From positions 3,665,032 to 3,716,325 of the forward strand of contig MU054400.1 in the NCBI GenBank assembly GCA_013239625.1: 51,294 bases of DNA. Reading direction: 5' to 3'. Positions 36,096 through 49,671 of the stretch are shown here, in pieces. This stretch comes from Lama guanicoe (lineage: Eukaryota). The position numbers and the translations under genes are program-made. A model generated the notes under the pieces. The model made no database searches. It saw only the letters and a list, made by a program, of their open reading frames with translations, and was not told the DNA's origin. Within the stretch, counting starts at the first letter, position 1; each line of letters begins with the position of its first letter.

Positions 36096-37845
36096 AGCAA
36101 TGCTATCCAATAGAAATATCATGTCAGTCACATATGGGAATTTTAAATTCTCTAGCAGTTACATTAAATTAAAAAAAGAAAAAACAAGTTAGGCAAAAAA
36201 TCTGAATAGACATTACCCCAAAGAAGACACACAAATGGCCAATAAGTACATAAAAGATGGCTAATACGTACATAAAAGTACATTAGTCCTTAGAGAAATG
36301 CAAATCCAAATGAAAAGGTACTGTCTTCACACACCTCAGGACAGCCACAAGTTAAAAACAAAAGGAAAAGAGCAAGTATTGACAAGAATGTGGAGAAACT
36401 GCAACCCTCACACCCAGCTATGAGAATGTAAAATGGTGCAGTCGCTGTGGAAAACAATTCAGCAGCAACTCAAAAAGCTCAAGAGAGTTATCATTCAACC
36501 CAGTAATTCTACTCCTAGGAAAGTGCCCAAGAGGACTGAAAGCATATGTCCACACATAACTGTCTACAAACGTTCACAGCAGATGCATTCACAACAGCCA
36601 AAAAGTGGCAACAGCTCAGAAATGTCCATCAAGTGACAAAAGGATAAACAAAAAATGGTCTATCCGTGTAATGGAATACTATTCAGGCATCAAAGCAATG
36701 AAGACTGACACACGATAACACAGATGAATCCAGCAAACACTGCCAAGTGAAAGAGGCCAGACATAAAAGGCCACAAATGTGCAACTCCACTGATAAGACA
36801 CACCCAGAACAGGCACATCTATAGAGAAAGAAGATAAATAAGCAGTTGCCAGGTGCTGGGGGCAGAGGGAAATGGAAAGTGACTGCTTAAAGGGTGCAAG
36901 TGTCTTCTGGGGGTGATGAAAATGTTCTAGAATTAGGTCACGGTCATGGTGGCACAACATCGTGAATATACCAAAAATCACTGAATGATACTTTCAAATG
37001 ATTAAAATGGTGAATTTTATGTTATATAAATTCATCCCAACTAAAAGAAGTAGGTGGTTGCATGCACCCCAATGTTCACAGCAGCACTATTTACAACAGC
37101 CAAGACGTGGAAGCAACCTAAATGTCCACTGACAGATGACCGGATAAACAAGTTGTGGTATATTTATACGATGGAATACTATTCAGCCATAAAAAAGAAT
37201 AAAATAATGCCATTTGTAGCAACATGGATGGACCTGGAGATCGTCATTCTAAGTGAAATAAGCCAGAAAGAGAAAGAAAAATACCATATGATATCACTCA
37301 TATGTGAAATCCAAAAGAAAAAAAAAAGGACACCGATGAACTCATCCACAAAACAGACTCATAGACATAGTAAGCAATCTTATGGTTCCCAGGGAAAAGG
37401 GGATGGGAAGGGATAAATTTGGGAGTCTGATACTTGCAAATGTTAACTACTATATGTAAAAATAGGTAAACAAATTTCTTCTATACAGTACAGGGAACTA
37501 TGTTAAATATCTTATAATAACCTTTAATGAAAAAATATGAAAATGAATATACGTATGTGCATGACTGGGACATTGTGCTGTACACCAGAAACTGACATTA
37601 TAACTGACTATACTTCAATAAAAATAAATGAATAAAATAAATAGGTAGAATTAAATACTAATATTTTATTTAATCTAATACATTCAAATTATCATTTCAA
37701 GGTGTAATCAACATAAGAATATTAATGAGATATTTTACTTTTTTTTCTCCCCACACTAAGCCTCTGATATCTAGCACATTTTACACTTACGGCACATCTT
37801 AGCTGGGACATTTTCAGAGCTCAGGAGCCACACGCCAGGGGAGAT
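36096..37845. mobile_element. MER33 split by L1MB-like (~36190-37045, +) and younger L1 3' end (~37055-37640, +)
   Basis: MER33 left arm caatgctatccaatagaaatat... resumes at ~37645 (gaattaaatactaatattttatttaa); ORF 37054-37416 is ORF2p C-terminal CTPMFTAALFTTAKTWKQPKCP. Confidence 0.85.
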
Positions 37846-38573
37846 GGCATAGCCCCTGAGCAGTCAGAGGGGAACGCAGAGAGGACGCCGGGGAGCAGAT
37901 GGGTGCCAGTCGGTCATTATACATTTATGGCGTTATGAGAGCATGCCACACTCACACCAATATACAAGCTGACACCCAAATGCCTACAGCCCTGTGGACC
38001 AAACGCTGGCTCACTGAACACGTGTGTTCTCAGAGACACCATGGCACCAGAGGGGCCACTAGTCCAGCCCACAAAACCCGACAGCTGATGTGAGGCACTT
38101 CTGCGATTAAAAGCATCACACGGGGAAATGCGAACACCGGCTGAACAGCTGATTCTAAGAACTACTGGAGTCTGGGTATGATAATGGTACTGTGGGAAAG
38201 AGACAATCTCGTCTTTCAGACATACATACCAAAATATTTATGATCAAAACGGCACACGCATGATCACGGACACTTGACGTTGGACCCGGGACAGCCCATG
38301 AGATCATTCTGTCTGCTTTTTCACATTTAAACTTTTCTACAATTGGTCAACACACGCAGACACGTAATCTTGTCACATTGCTAATAATTAAAACTGAAGA
38401 GCAAAGTTAAGAACAAATTCTTTTTTTAAAGCTTAACTGCAAGGCTGGTTTAAGTGGAAAAGAAAGCTGAGTGTGAAGGTGGTGACATGAACGTTTTTCC
38501 TGAAGGGAATTTTGGAGAGGTTCAAGAACTTTTAGAGGCACAGATCCTCCCAGTGTATTATTTCTGACTTAGA

Positions 38574-38744
38574 CAGTTGGCCTTCCGTATCAGTAGGTTT
38601 TGCACACGCAGCTGTTTGAACAGTGGATCGGGGTGGGGAGGGGGCTGCGCTCCAGCATTCCACGTCCAGGACCCGAGCATCCATGGAGGGTGGTACCCAC
38701 GGGATGTTCCAGGGCCAATTCCCCGGCATACCCAGGGACGACTG
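38574..38744. mobile_element. MER2-like Tigger MITE
   Basis: Inverted termini cagttggccttccgtat / atacccagggacgactg; gagcatccatgga..tggtaccc. Confidence 0.65.
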
Positions 38745-38809
38745 CCATTTCACTCCCCAAACTGAGCATTTTTCTTATCACAGTGAATACAGCTCCATCA
38801 AAATCTTTA

Positions 38810-39135
38810 AAAAGGACAAATGAACTTATTTACAAAACAGAAACAGAATCACAGACATAGAAAACAAACTTGCAGTTACCAGGGAGGTGGGAGGGGATAA
38901 ACTGGGAGTTAGAGATTTGTAGATACTAACTACTATATATAAAATAGATGGACAATGGGTACATGCCGTACAGTGCAGGGAACTGTGTTCAATATCTTGT
39001 GGTAACCGAAGGTGAAAAGAAGATAAAAATAAATATATGTATGTTCGTGTATGACTGAAGCATTGTGCTGTACACCAGAAATTGACACAACATTGCAAAC
39101 TCACTATACTTCCATATATATATATACAAAAAATT
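38810..39135 (+). mobile_element. Younger L1 3' UTR
   Basis: aatgaacttatttacaaaacagaaacaga...gtgctgtacaccagaaattgacacaacattg; short (TA)n tail. Confidence 0.9.
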
Positions 39136-39464
39136 TTTTAACGGTTCAAATGGTCATTTTTACATTATGTACATTATACCACAATAAATTATACCCCAAA
39201 ACACAGAGACTGAGTGGTTAGTTGATGAATTAGTGTGTGAGGGCATGGGTGCAGGTGAGCGAGTGTGAGTGGGTGTGAAGGCAAGAGTGTGACGGGGAGA
39301 TGAGAGGGTGTGAGCACATGTCCACGGACAGGGTCAGACAGCAGTGTGAGCAGGAGCCTGGTTTCCATCGTGGGGACAAGCACAAGGCCGATGGGGAGGG
39401 AGCCTTGGACCAAGACTGGTTTACATCCACCTCCAGCGTCCCCACAAAGGGGTACCTTGTTTCA

Positions 39465-39548
39465 GAGGAGGAGGATGGAGGGAAGGAGGGAAGATGCAGA
39501 ATGGAAGGGAGGAGGGGGAGGAAGGGAGGGGAGAGGATGGAGAGAGGG
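39465..39548. repeat. Polypurine GGA/GGGA low-complexity tract
   Basis: gaggaggaggatggagggaaggaggg...gagggggaggaagggaggggagaggatggagagaggg. Confidence 0.8.
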
Positions 39549-41009
39549 TCAAACAGACTGCCTGGCTGAGAACCTGCGTAGTGCCTCCCAGGTCACACCC
39601 ACACCAGCCTCTACCCACCACGACTTGCGTCACGGAGAACTCCAGGGCCGGCAGTGGAAGCCCCAGCCGGCTCTCTGCTGCCTCTCCAGAAGCTGGCACT
39701 CAAGACAGACCCCGATCAGATCAGTCTGTCATCAGCTGCCAGCTGGCAGGGCCCGGGGCCCTCCTGGGCGCCACGTCGCATCCCTTGGCTCATCCCCATC
39801 GCTTCCCAGGACAGTGTAGCTGGGAAGCTGCCAGGTTAGAAGAGCACAGCACGCCGGGGCTGGACGGGGGACAGGGAGCCAGAGAATCTTCATCTCTTTT
39901 CTCGGAGGAAGAAAAACACTGACAGCAGCCCATACAGCACAGCAACTCGGAACGCTCCCTGGCTGTTCTCTAACCATCCGGGAAGCGCCCCGTGGCTGCC
40001 AGTGTGGGTCCTGCCTCCCTGATCTGGCACACAGGCCCCGGGAAGAGCCAGGCTGAGCCCCTTCCACGGGCATCAGTCCTCCCAACACGTTCTCAAATGG
40101 GAACCCCAATAACTCTCCCCCGTGAGAGGCGCCACAGTTTGGGATGTTCTGACTTTCTGCAAACAGGTGTACCCAGACACCAAAGAGAAAACAAACACTG
40201 AACCACGTGTCTGTTTCCGGGCCGCAGCCGGTGCTGGCAGCAGATCCCACACTGTGTTCTCAAACCCGGAACAGCAGACCCCGCCTGTCAACACGGAAGA
40301 CACACACATGAAAAGATGGCAAGGTCCACCTCCCTTGTGTGCTTCACATCAAACGCCTGTCCTGCGGTGCTGGGTTAGACGAGGGGGTTGGGGAGCTGGG
40401 AGGAGGAGCTATTAGAGAACCAGACCAAAGCCGCCCCGGGAGCGCCCCTCCCACCCACTGAGTAAGGGGATGCAGACAGGAAGGCTCTTTCCTGGAGGAA
40501 GCAGCCCAGCCCAGGGCAGCACCTCTGTGGGGCTTGTTTCCGTTTCCGCAGACGCAGGAGCACAGAAATCACAAGCCCCGTCTGCTCCAGCGGGCTCGTC
40601 GGGGGCCAGCCACACACAGAAGGCATGACCCTGTGGAATGAACCCAGGGCTCCCTGTGGAATCTCATCAGGTCTGGAATCAAGTAATCTTCCCCCACGTT
40701 CTCTCCTGCGGCCCAGCACCACCCACAACAGGCCCCAGGCCCCTCCCCTGCAATGCAGGGACAGTGCGAACAATGCATTTTGCTGTTTCTCAAAACAAAT
40801 ACTGTTTTCTCAACGTGACTTGAAAGATCTGTTTCATAAGGAGCCCTGCACCCCTCTCTACTCCGCACCCCACCCCACTTTCTCTACTTAAACATCAGGC
40901 GCTGTTCCCGCACCCTGGGAGACACAACACGCGGACATCCCGCCTGCCCGCCCGGTGGAGGACGCACCAGGTGTCTGAGGCATGAACGGCAAAGGCTCCA
41001 ACGCTAAAG

Positions 41010-41310
41010 CACGTTCTCCAGACTCACTCCCAGCAGGATTTAGATTCCCATCAGAGGCATTCACTTGCGACTGGAGTGCTAACAGGACAAGGGGGCTGGG
41101 GGTGCAGAATGGAACAAGGCGTGGGGCACCCCGGCTCTGAGCTAAGGGTGCAGCAGCAGCCGCCCATCAGCCTCTAGGTCGGGACTCCCCTTGGGGCTAG
41201 TCCCCCCTGGTGCTCCGGGAGCCATCCCCAGCCGGGACTGCTCCTCCAGGCCTTCACACCTGTCTATGGGCACCTGCTTCCTGTACTAAGTCCTTTCTGC
41301 TTGAAAGTCG
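41010..41310 (+). mobile_element. Possible LTR33/LTR16-like ERVL LTR relic
   Basis: tagattcccatcagaggcattcac; ctgtactaagtcctttctgcttgaaa. Confidence 0.4.
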
Positions 41311-43154
41311 CCCCTGATAGACCTATTAACCCGTGTTTCTGCAGCATCCAGTGGGAAATGCACAGACAACAGGCCCAGCCCGGCCCGGCCCACCGCTGGG
41401 TTCAGGTCCATTACCTGGCAGAGTAAACACTGACCAGAAGGATAGAAGTAGACACGGAAAGTTAATGGGAATAAAAACAGAAAAGCTATTTTAGAACCCT
41501 TGATTCTTCAATTCACCACAGGGATCAAGGGTGATAAAAACCAAAGAACCTACTTTCATCTGCACAGGTCTACTCTGGTTCTCCAAGAAAACCCACCTTC
41601 CAGAAGAAAACCATCACTGTTTCCAGGTACGCAAGAAAGGCTGGCCCACAGAGAAGAACAGGACACTCAGCTGTGTCTTGCTGTGGTGGGACCAGAGGGA
41701 GGGAAGGAGCCAGCCGCCCGGGCCCCGCCCTGGCCTCGGCCCCCACCGGCCACTCTGCAGGCCCCGGAGCCAGGGCAGCCTGCCAGGGCTCAGTCCTCAC
41801 CCCACCTCAGAGGTGACAACGCCCATCTCCCAGGTAGGCACGTGGAGGAACAGCACGTGCTCGTGTGTGTGCAAGCCCTTTGAAAACCCTGAAGCCAGAC
41901 AAACGGCCGGACTTCTTAATGTTCATTGTTTCCTCTTCAAGAGGCAGAATCTTACAGAGGAGGTGACTCAGAGTCACCAGGGCAGCCGCGGCCGAGGGGA
42001 CTGGTCCACAGACTGAGGAGCCACACCGTCCGGGGCCCTCCAGGCTCTCACCACCCTAAACCCACGACAAAAACCCCTACCACTTGCCACTCACAACAGG
42101 AAAGCCCTGGAGACTGAGGATGTGTTCATGCCACACCTCAAATAACGGTCTCCAGAGCCTCCCCGTGCCCCATGTCGCCGAGAGAGGAGGGGCCTGGAGC
42201 TCAGAGGCCAGCTTGATGTGGACACAGGTCACAATGTGGGGCTGAGGCCACTAGAATGGGGGCTGGACCTCCCCCCGCCCCAGCTGCCTCTCCTATTTAA
42301 GCTCTTCTCTTCCTGACAGTTAACATGTCCACGGCGCCCCCTCTTCTGTCCTTCCACAATCTCTCTTTTTCCAAGTCAGGAATGATGCAGGAATACTACT
42401 TCCACTACAAATGAAATGTTACTCAAATGATTTTCTTTGCACTACTACAGTATTAATTTACTTATTTTAACAGATAAATGAAAAGTCTAAAAATGTCAAA
42501 GCCAATACATGGCTGCAAGAAACCAGCCTTGAAAGAATGTCACAAACAGAACGATGGAAAACAGGTTTTTTCCAGAAGCCATTTGTGACTCTCACGATTG
42601 GCAAGGGAAAATGAACACAATGGCAGGAAGCAGAACCCTCCCTGGATGAAGGGCTCCTCGGTAACTCGGGGTCTCCCAGGCTCTTCCCCAACCACCCGAG
42701 TGCCTTTAGGGTCACCACGTGGCTGCGGGGCAGCAACGAGCCAGGAGGCTGCCCAAGACCCTGGTGGGTCTTCAGACCCACAAACACGGACTGGCATTCT
42801 GACCACTGAGGAAAAGGATGAATTAACGCACTCTGAGCCATCCTTAGGAGTCAGTGCACACCTTTATAAGCGACTCTCCATCCGCATCTCCAGGACTAAA
42901 ACCCGAGGCGATGTTTCCACCGAGGCCCCTTAAAAGCTTGTTTCATACACACACCCATACACATCTGTACAAAGAAAACAGCATTTCACGGGATTGTCTG
43001 TACCCACACAAATGTGGTAGTTTAAAAACATTCCAAGTTGACACTGCTCCCCAAAGTGGAGTCTCACCCCCAGCCCTTCCATCGGGGCTGGCCTTAGTGA
43101 CCCCTTCTGACAAATGCACTGAAGTGACCCTGCTGACGTCTGAGACGTGAAAGG

Positions 43155-43563
43155 TGTAGTGGGATGAATGTTGTAGCCCCAATTCTCATCTACCCAGAAC
43201 CTGTGAACACCCTCACTGAGTAAAGGGTCAGTGCAGAGGTGAGTCAGCTGTAATGAAGTCGGAGGGCAGGTGGGCCCCGATTCAGCACGACTGACCAGAA
43301 GGGGCAAAGGGGCAGACACAGCGGGAAGGCAGACGCAGAGGCTGGGGTGAAGCGCCTTCAAGTCAGGGACTTGTCAAAGACTGCCAGCAAACACTGGACA
43401 CCACAAGAGCCAAGGAAGGGACCTCCCCCAGGGCCTTGGAGGGAGCACAGCCCTGCTGACACCTGGATTTGGCCTTGCAGCCTCCAGAACTGTGAAGGAG
43501 CCAACTGTTGTTTTAAGCCACCGTTTGTGGTATCTGTTGCGGCAGCCCTGGGAACCTCCTGCA
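43155..43563 (+). mobile_element. MLT1B/C-like MaLR solo LTR
   Basis: tgtagtgggatgaat...agagg ctgg; gggagcacagccctgctgacacct; cagcctccagaactgtga; ttttaagccacc..tgtggtatctgttgcggcagccc. Confidence 0.88.
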
Positions 43564-43599
43564 AAGGTTGACAGCCTCCTCCAGAATCACTCGTTCCTT

Positions 43600-43932
43600 C
43601 TTTCTCCAACAGGACCCTCGCACTGGGGACCCAGCCTCTGGGCTTCTAGGAAGCCATCAGCCAGGTGGAAAAGCCACACGAGGTGCTGCGGCCTCAGCCC
43701 CACCGACCTCTCGGGTCACTGACCGCCAGACACACGAGGGAGGGAACCTTCAGGGACTCCACCTCGAGTCTTCCAAGCACCCCAGATGGGGGAGTGTGGA
43801 GCAGAGACAAGCTGTGCCCGCGGAGCCCTCCCGAAGTGCGGACTGTGAGCAAAATAAACGCTGCTGGTCGCGGTTTTAAACCATGGTGTTGGGGGCACCC
43901 CAACCTTGGGGGAACCCCAGGTAATAATACAT
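43600..43932 (+). mobile_element. Second MLT1-type LTR fragment
   Basis: gtggagcagagacaagctgtgccc...tgtgagcaaaataaa...ttttaaaccat. Confidence 0.7.
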
Positions 43933-45681
43933 AAAGGGACAGCACGTGTATGTACAATCCTGTTAGCCTGAATCAAATGCAGGTCTTCACGCTCAGACAC
44001 AGTTCCCAATGCCAATTAGACATCAAGGCAGTCCACAAAGTGCCCTCAGCAAGTACTTATGAAGAACCCTCTTGTCTGGAATTACACCCTTGTCTCCCTA
44101 CCTAGGAAGGGGTCACCTCAACACCCCGAAGATCACAATGCAGAAAAAGCCAAGTCACCGGGTCCTTTTAAACAATGTACAAAACTAGATTTGTTCAAAT
44201 ATGTTTATCACTTAAACAATCAACTTTATCTACAATTTTCATGGTACACATTTTTAAGAGCTTGAATGTAACCATAATTAATGGAAGATTAAGTGTAATC
44301 TGTATTTTTTTTAAAAGGGGTGGGAGGTTCTCAGTGGTTAGTCCCTGTGTAATGGAATTACAGGTGATTTTTTATTTTCTTTTTATACCTTCAAAATTGT
44401 CTACAATAGCAATATTTTGATCATTAAGGAAAAGACAACTTTTTTGAAAGTTACTTCAGGCTGACTTACACACAATCATTTTTTGTTTTAAACAGAGCTG
44501 AATATCCCTACTTACACGGAGCTCAGGAAGTGACCATACAGGAGTTTCCACCCAGTTATATAAATATACACACGAAACTGCTTAACTGCATTTACGCAGT
44601 CAGACCGCCATAACCACACCTATTTGTGCAACAGACACGCAGAAAAGGAGGAGAGTGAAACTGACAGCTGCTTCAGTTTCCAAGAATCAGCTGAAGTCTC
44701 ACTTAAAGTATTTACCCTCAAGTGATCAGTCTGAGGGACTCGGCTGATTATCAAGACAGAGAAGCCGGCTCACGGGTCGCTGCCCCCTGCCTGGCTTCTC
44801 CCTGCAAACACCGGGCTGTGGCTGGTGGAAACAGAACAGGCCAGGAAGGTGCAGAGAGGAAAAGAGAACGGCAGGACCCCGTTTGCTGAGGAAGATGGAA
44901 GGGAACAGCTAATGGCAATGAAAATACACACAACTTGCAGCCCAGTAGTTCAGCTTCTAAGTTTATCCACTACAACTCTTTTGACCATGATCCACAATGA
45001 CAAATTGTACCTTATAATTAAGTGTAAACATTTTCACACCTATTTTTTTAATATAAACACAATGGTTTCACCAAACAATACAAAACGATATAATAGTCTA
45101 ATATTTTTACTGTTTTTAAATGTGGGTCGTAAGCTAACAAATTATTTTTCACAGCTCATTAACAGGTCCCAAACTGGAGTCAGAAAAGCACTGCCAGCTT
45201 GGAGAAACCCACACGTGCCAAGGGAGCCCTGGAGAAGCAGCTCATTCTCTGCAGCAGTGAGACCCTAGTGACAACCGACGGGCCTGTGTGTCTGTACAAA
45301 GAAACTGGGCCGAGCAATGAGAAGGGATGAACCAGATCTACACACCAACAAAGACCTCAAAAAAAATTCACTACTAACAGCAAGTCACAGAAGGACAGAA
45401 CAAGCCAACATACACATAAAGAACTCCCAAAATTTAAAAAAAAAAAATTACTGTTTTGGGTGCCTGTAGTAAAAGTTCGTAAGTATAAACCACAATCATT
45501 GAAATTCACAGTAGTGGCTATCTCTGAGCAGGAGGGAAAGAGGAAGGAAAACAGGGGACCACAACTTTACTTACAACGCTTTTTGCTTTAAATAGTTCCT
45601 GGGTGAGGAGCACACAGGTGTTAGCTTATTATTCTTCTGATCTCTCTGCATGTCCAGCTATTTCATAATAAACCTGTTCTG

Positions 45682-45884
45682 TATGGACTTTGGTTGATGA
45701 TAATGTGTCCTTGTTGGTTGACCGACTGTACCAAATACGCCACACTGATGAGGGATGCTGAGGGTAGGGGAGTATATGTGTGTGGGTGGGGAGGGCTATG
45801 TGTGAACTCCATTTTCTGCACAGTTCTGCTGTGAACCTGAAACTACTCTAAAAAAATTAAGTCGAATAATAAAAAAAATAAAAA
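45682..45884 (+). mobile_element. L1MC-like 3' end
   Basis: tatggactttggttgatgataatgtgtc...tgctgtgaacctgaaactactctaaaaaa; flanked by aataaa(c)ctgttct direct repeats. Confidence 0.85.
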
Positions 45885-46822
45885 ATAAACTGTTCTAGGT
45901 CTCACGAGCAAGGCTGCTGAAACGCTCATGTGATGTTCCCCACTCGCCTACCCCCTCCTGGTGACACCTGAAGGGGCATCTCAGCAAGGTGGGCTCAGTC
46001 CTGAGGCCCGAGACACACCTGTTCCCCAAGTCTGGGTGAGACGGCGATCTCAGGAAAACAGCAGTGAGCAGTGCACGTCCAACTTGGCTTATTTCCTAAA
46101 ACTTTCCAATAGTCCAGTAAATGTGCGTAATGATGAAAAACCTATCTTAGGAAAAAAAGTATTAACATTAGTTACTTTGTCACAACACTGCAAATTTTAA
46201 AAATAAGACTCTTAATCATAATGCCTTCTACTTGTTAAAATCATTTCATCGAGGAAGGGTCCGAAAAATGAAAACAACAACCTGAGAGAACAGTTTTATT
46301 TTTAAAAGTGTGCTGCCGCAAAACATGTGGTCTCCATCACCAGTCTCTGCATCACAATCATCTTGCAGGTATGTGCGTGTATAATCTTAAAAATTCTATT
46401 CAGGGGTTCTGACCTAGAGTGTTTTAAAAATCTGTATTTTGGGGGTAAGCTCCCAGGTGACTTGACAGGCAGCCAGACAAGGAGTGGTTACTCTGAAACA
46501 AATTCCATAACCAGTAAGTGGAAAACCCCAAGACGAGGCATCAGCACCAGCCAATCTGAGGGGCTGGCTGATGGCCCTGCACCCCTGAACTCCAGCAAGC
46601 AACAGAGCGTTTCGAGGGAGCACAGCCACCGGATCAGGTCACCCCACCTTCCAGCACCCAGGGAAGGGCAAAGGCACCAAAGAGGCAAAGGGAGCCCAGC
46701 CCTGCCCAACTGCTGCTCCACAGGTCATGACAGGAACCCAGAAGCCCAAATTTAGGGCTTTGACACGAGTTCTGTCTCAGTCATCCAAACCTGTGCTGTC
46801 TATTATTTGGCTATTCAACTTT

Positions 46823-48289
46823 TTCTTCCAGTTTTATTGAGATATAATTTGCATACAGCACTGTATCAGTTCAAGGTGTACAGTACAATTCAACTTGTAC
46901 ACATCATGGAATGATTATTGTAAGTTTAGTAAACAGCCATCGTCTCTTATAGATACAAAATTAAAGAAACAAAAAAATGTTTGCCCTTATAACTCTTAGG
47001 ATGTACTCTTAACTTTCATATATAACAGACAGCAGTGTTAATTATATTCAGCATGCTGTACATCACATCCCTAGCACTTAATATCTTGTAACTGGAAGTT
47101 GAACTTTCTAACTACCTTCATCCAGTTTCACCTCTGGTAACCACAAAGCCGATCTCCTTTTCTATTATTTTGTGTTTGAGTTATAACTGACCTACAACAC
47201 TATGTAACTTCTTGTTACACAATACAGTGACTCAGTATTCCTATACATTTCAAAATTATCACCACGGTAAGTCTAGTTGCCATTTGCCATCACACAGACA
47301 TTACAGTTTCAGTTCCCTATGCTATACACTTCACATCTGTGACTCACTTATTCTGCAACTGGAAGTTTCTGCCTCTTAATCTCCCTCACCTACTTCTTTC
47401 CCCTCCCACCCACTATGCCTCTCTCCTCTGGAAACCACCTGTTTGTTCTGTGTCTACAACTGTTTGTTCTGTAATGTTGTTCACTTACTTTGTTTTTTTA
47501 GATTTTTTTAGATTTAAATACAGTAATTGTCTTTCTCTGACTTATTTCACTGAGCATAACACTCTCTAGGCCTATCCACGTTTTTGCAAATGGCAACATT
47601 TCATTCATTTTTATGGCTGAGTAAAACTCCACTGTATATATTCACACCCCATCTTCTTTATCCATCCACCTATTGATGGGCACCTAGGCTGCTTCCATAT
47701 CTTGGCTATTATAAATAATGCTACAACGAACACACGGGTGCATATATCTCTTTTCGAATTAGTGTTCTTGTTTTCTTTGGATAAACACCCAAAAGACTGG
47801 AATTTCTGGATCATATGGTCATTTTATTTTTAATTTTTTGAGGAACCTCCATACTGTTCTCCACAGTGGCTGCACCAACTTACATTCCCACCAACAGTGC
47901 AGGAGGTTCCTCTTCTCCACATCCCCTCCAATGCTTGTTATTCGCTGTCTTACTGATATGGCCATCCTGACAGACGGGAGATGGTACCTCTCTGTGGCTC
48001 CAATTTGCATGTCCCTGATGATCACTGATGGTGAGCAGCGTTCATGTGCCTGCTGGCCTTCTCTATGCCCTCTATTCAGACCCGCTGCCCATTTTCTAAT
48101 TAAGCTGTTTGTTTTCCTGATGTTGAGGTGTATGAACTCTTTGTATATTCTGGACATTAACCCCTTATCAGATACAGTTTGCAAATATCTTCCATTTGGT
48201 TGGCAGCCTTTTCGTTTTGTTGATAGTTTGCTGTGCAGAAGATGTTTAGTTTGAGATAGTCTCATTTGCTTATTTTTGCTTTTGTTCTA
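46823..48289 (-). mobile_element. 5'-truncated L1 (ORF2 C-terminus plus 3' UTR), sense to GOLM1
   Basis: ORF 47819-48265 (SDKGLMSRIYKE...[25 protein letters not shown]); ttttattgagatataatt 3' end. Confidence 0.93.
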
Positions 48290-48299
48290 TCATTCAAAC

Positions 48300-48490
48300 C
48301 TGTGTTGTCCAATATTTGGCTTTTTAATTTTAAATTAGTTAAAATTAAATAGAATTCAAACTTCAGTTCCTTAGTCCCACTAGCCACACTGAAGGTGTTC
48401 AACAGCCACACGTGGCCAGTGGCTACTGCAGCACAGACCACAGACAGGAAGCATTTCCACCACCACAGGGAATTCTGTTAGACAGTGCTG
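48300..48490. mobile_element. MER3 (hAT-Charlie)
   Basis: ctgtgttgtccaata...ttcagttccttagtcccactagccaca...ttctgttagacagtgctg. Confidence 0.85.
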
Positions 48491-49671
48491 ACCTGGCCGA
48501 AGCACGGGTTTCATTACCACACTGTCCCTGATAGGCCTGGCTTTCAAGCTTCTCCCCAGGCCCCCCACGTGAGGGCCACGATGCCCACGCAGAGTAACAG
48601 TGCTGACCTGAGGTGGGGATGCTGGCATAGGATGGCACTCTTGAGGTCACATGAGATCTGCAAACCACCCCCACCCACAGATGCCAGCATGTCCAGCTCC
48701 TCCCACAGCTGAGAACTGCTATTAGACCACCGGATGAGTCTTTAAGATTCCCACAAACAGCCTCATTCCAATTCAAAACACAAGTGCTAACTTCTTCAAG
48801 ATTAAAAAACCAGGTAACAGAGTCAAGTATTGGGGTGATGGACCAGCCCTACTTCTCCAGGAACAGCCCATCCAGACGGAAACAATCAGGCACTTTCTGC
48901 CTCACAATTTGGAACTGGGGACAAAGGAGAGCTAGCTGGAATTCTGCAGTCTTTTGAGCAAGGAGACAGAAAAGCGATCTTATCACCCCACTTCAACAAC
49001 TATCAGACCAGGCCAGCCGGGTCTCCTCTGTGGCCACATCCAAGACCCCGGCCTGATTTAGGTGATGGGGAGCTCTGGAGGGGCCCCCGCAGCCCAGGGA
49101 AGCTGTGTCTGTGCAGAGCAGAGGGAGGCTAGGGCTCTGCTGGTGGTGGCCCAAGGTCTAGGGCACATCCTGGGTGACAGTTACTAACTCCTCTGGGTCT
49201 CAGTGCCCTCCCTGAACAATGAGCACCAACCTGAGAGGAGGACAGGAAGCGACCCCTGTGAAACACTGAACGTAATGTCTGGCTCGCCAGAGATGCGATA
49301 AACCTGGGCTCTGGTCGCTGGTGAGGTGCTGTCCTTGGTACTCCTTCCACGGCTCGGCTGCACTGTGCACTCTTGATTCTAACAGCTAATCCAACATCTC
49401 CATCTCCTCTTACAGCTGGGACAACCTGGTTTCATGGTTTTAATTTGAAAGAAAAAAATAAGAGTCCATACCAGGCTTCATGCTGATCTCTATCATATAC
49501 TGCGTCAATACACATACTTATGTTTGTTACTGGGCTGTCTATTCTGTTTCATCTGTCTGTTACACCCGTGCCAATAAAGCATTCTTCTAATTATTTTACC
49601 TTTTTAATACATGGTAATAACAGATAGATCAAATTCTCTCCTTGTTCTTTGTAAAAAAAAAAATTGTAGCT

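Noticed and set aside
43884..43921. Two small tandem hairpins (gttgggg-gca-ccccaac; ttggggg-aa-ccccagg)
   Set aside because: Short stems inside an LTR end, too small for a pre-miRNA; likely local duplication.
39300..44015. Many 100-170 aa ORFs on both strands
   Set aside because: GC-rich intronic and LTR sequence; no homology I can recognise and no consistent exon structure.
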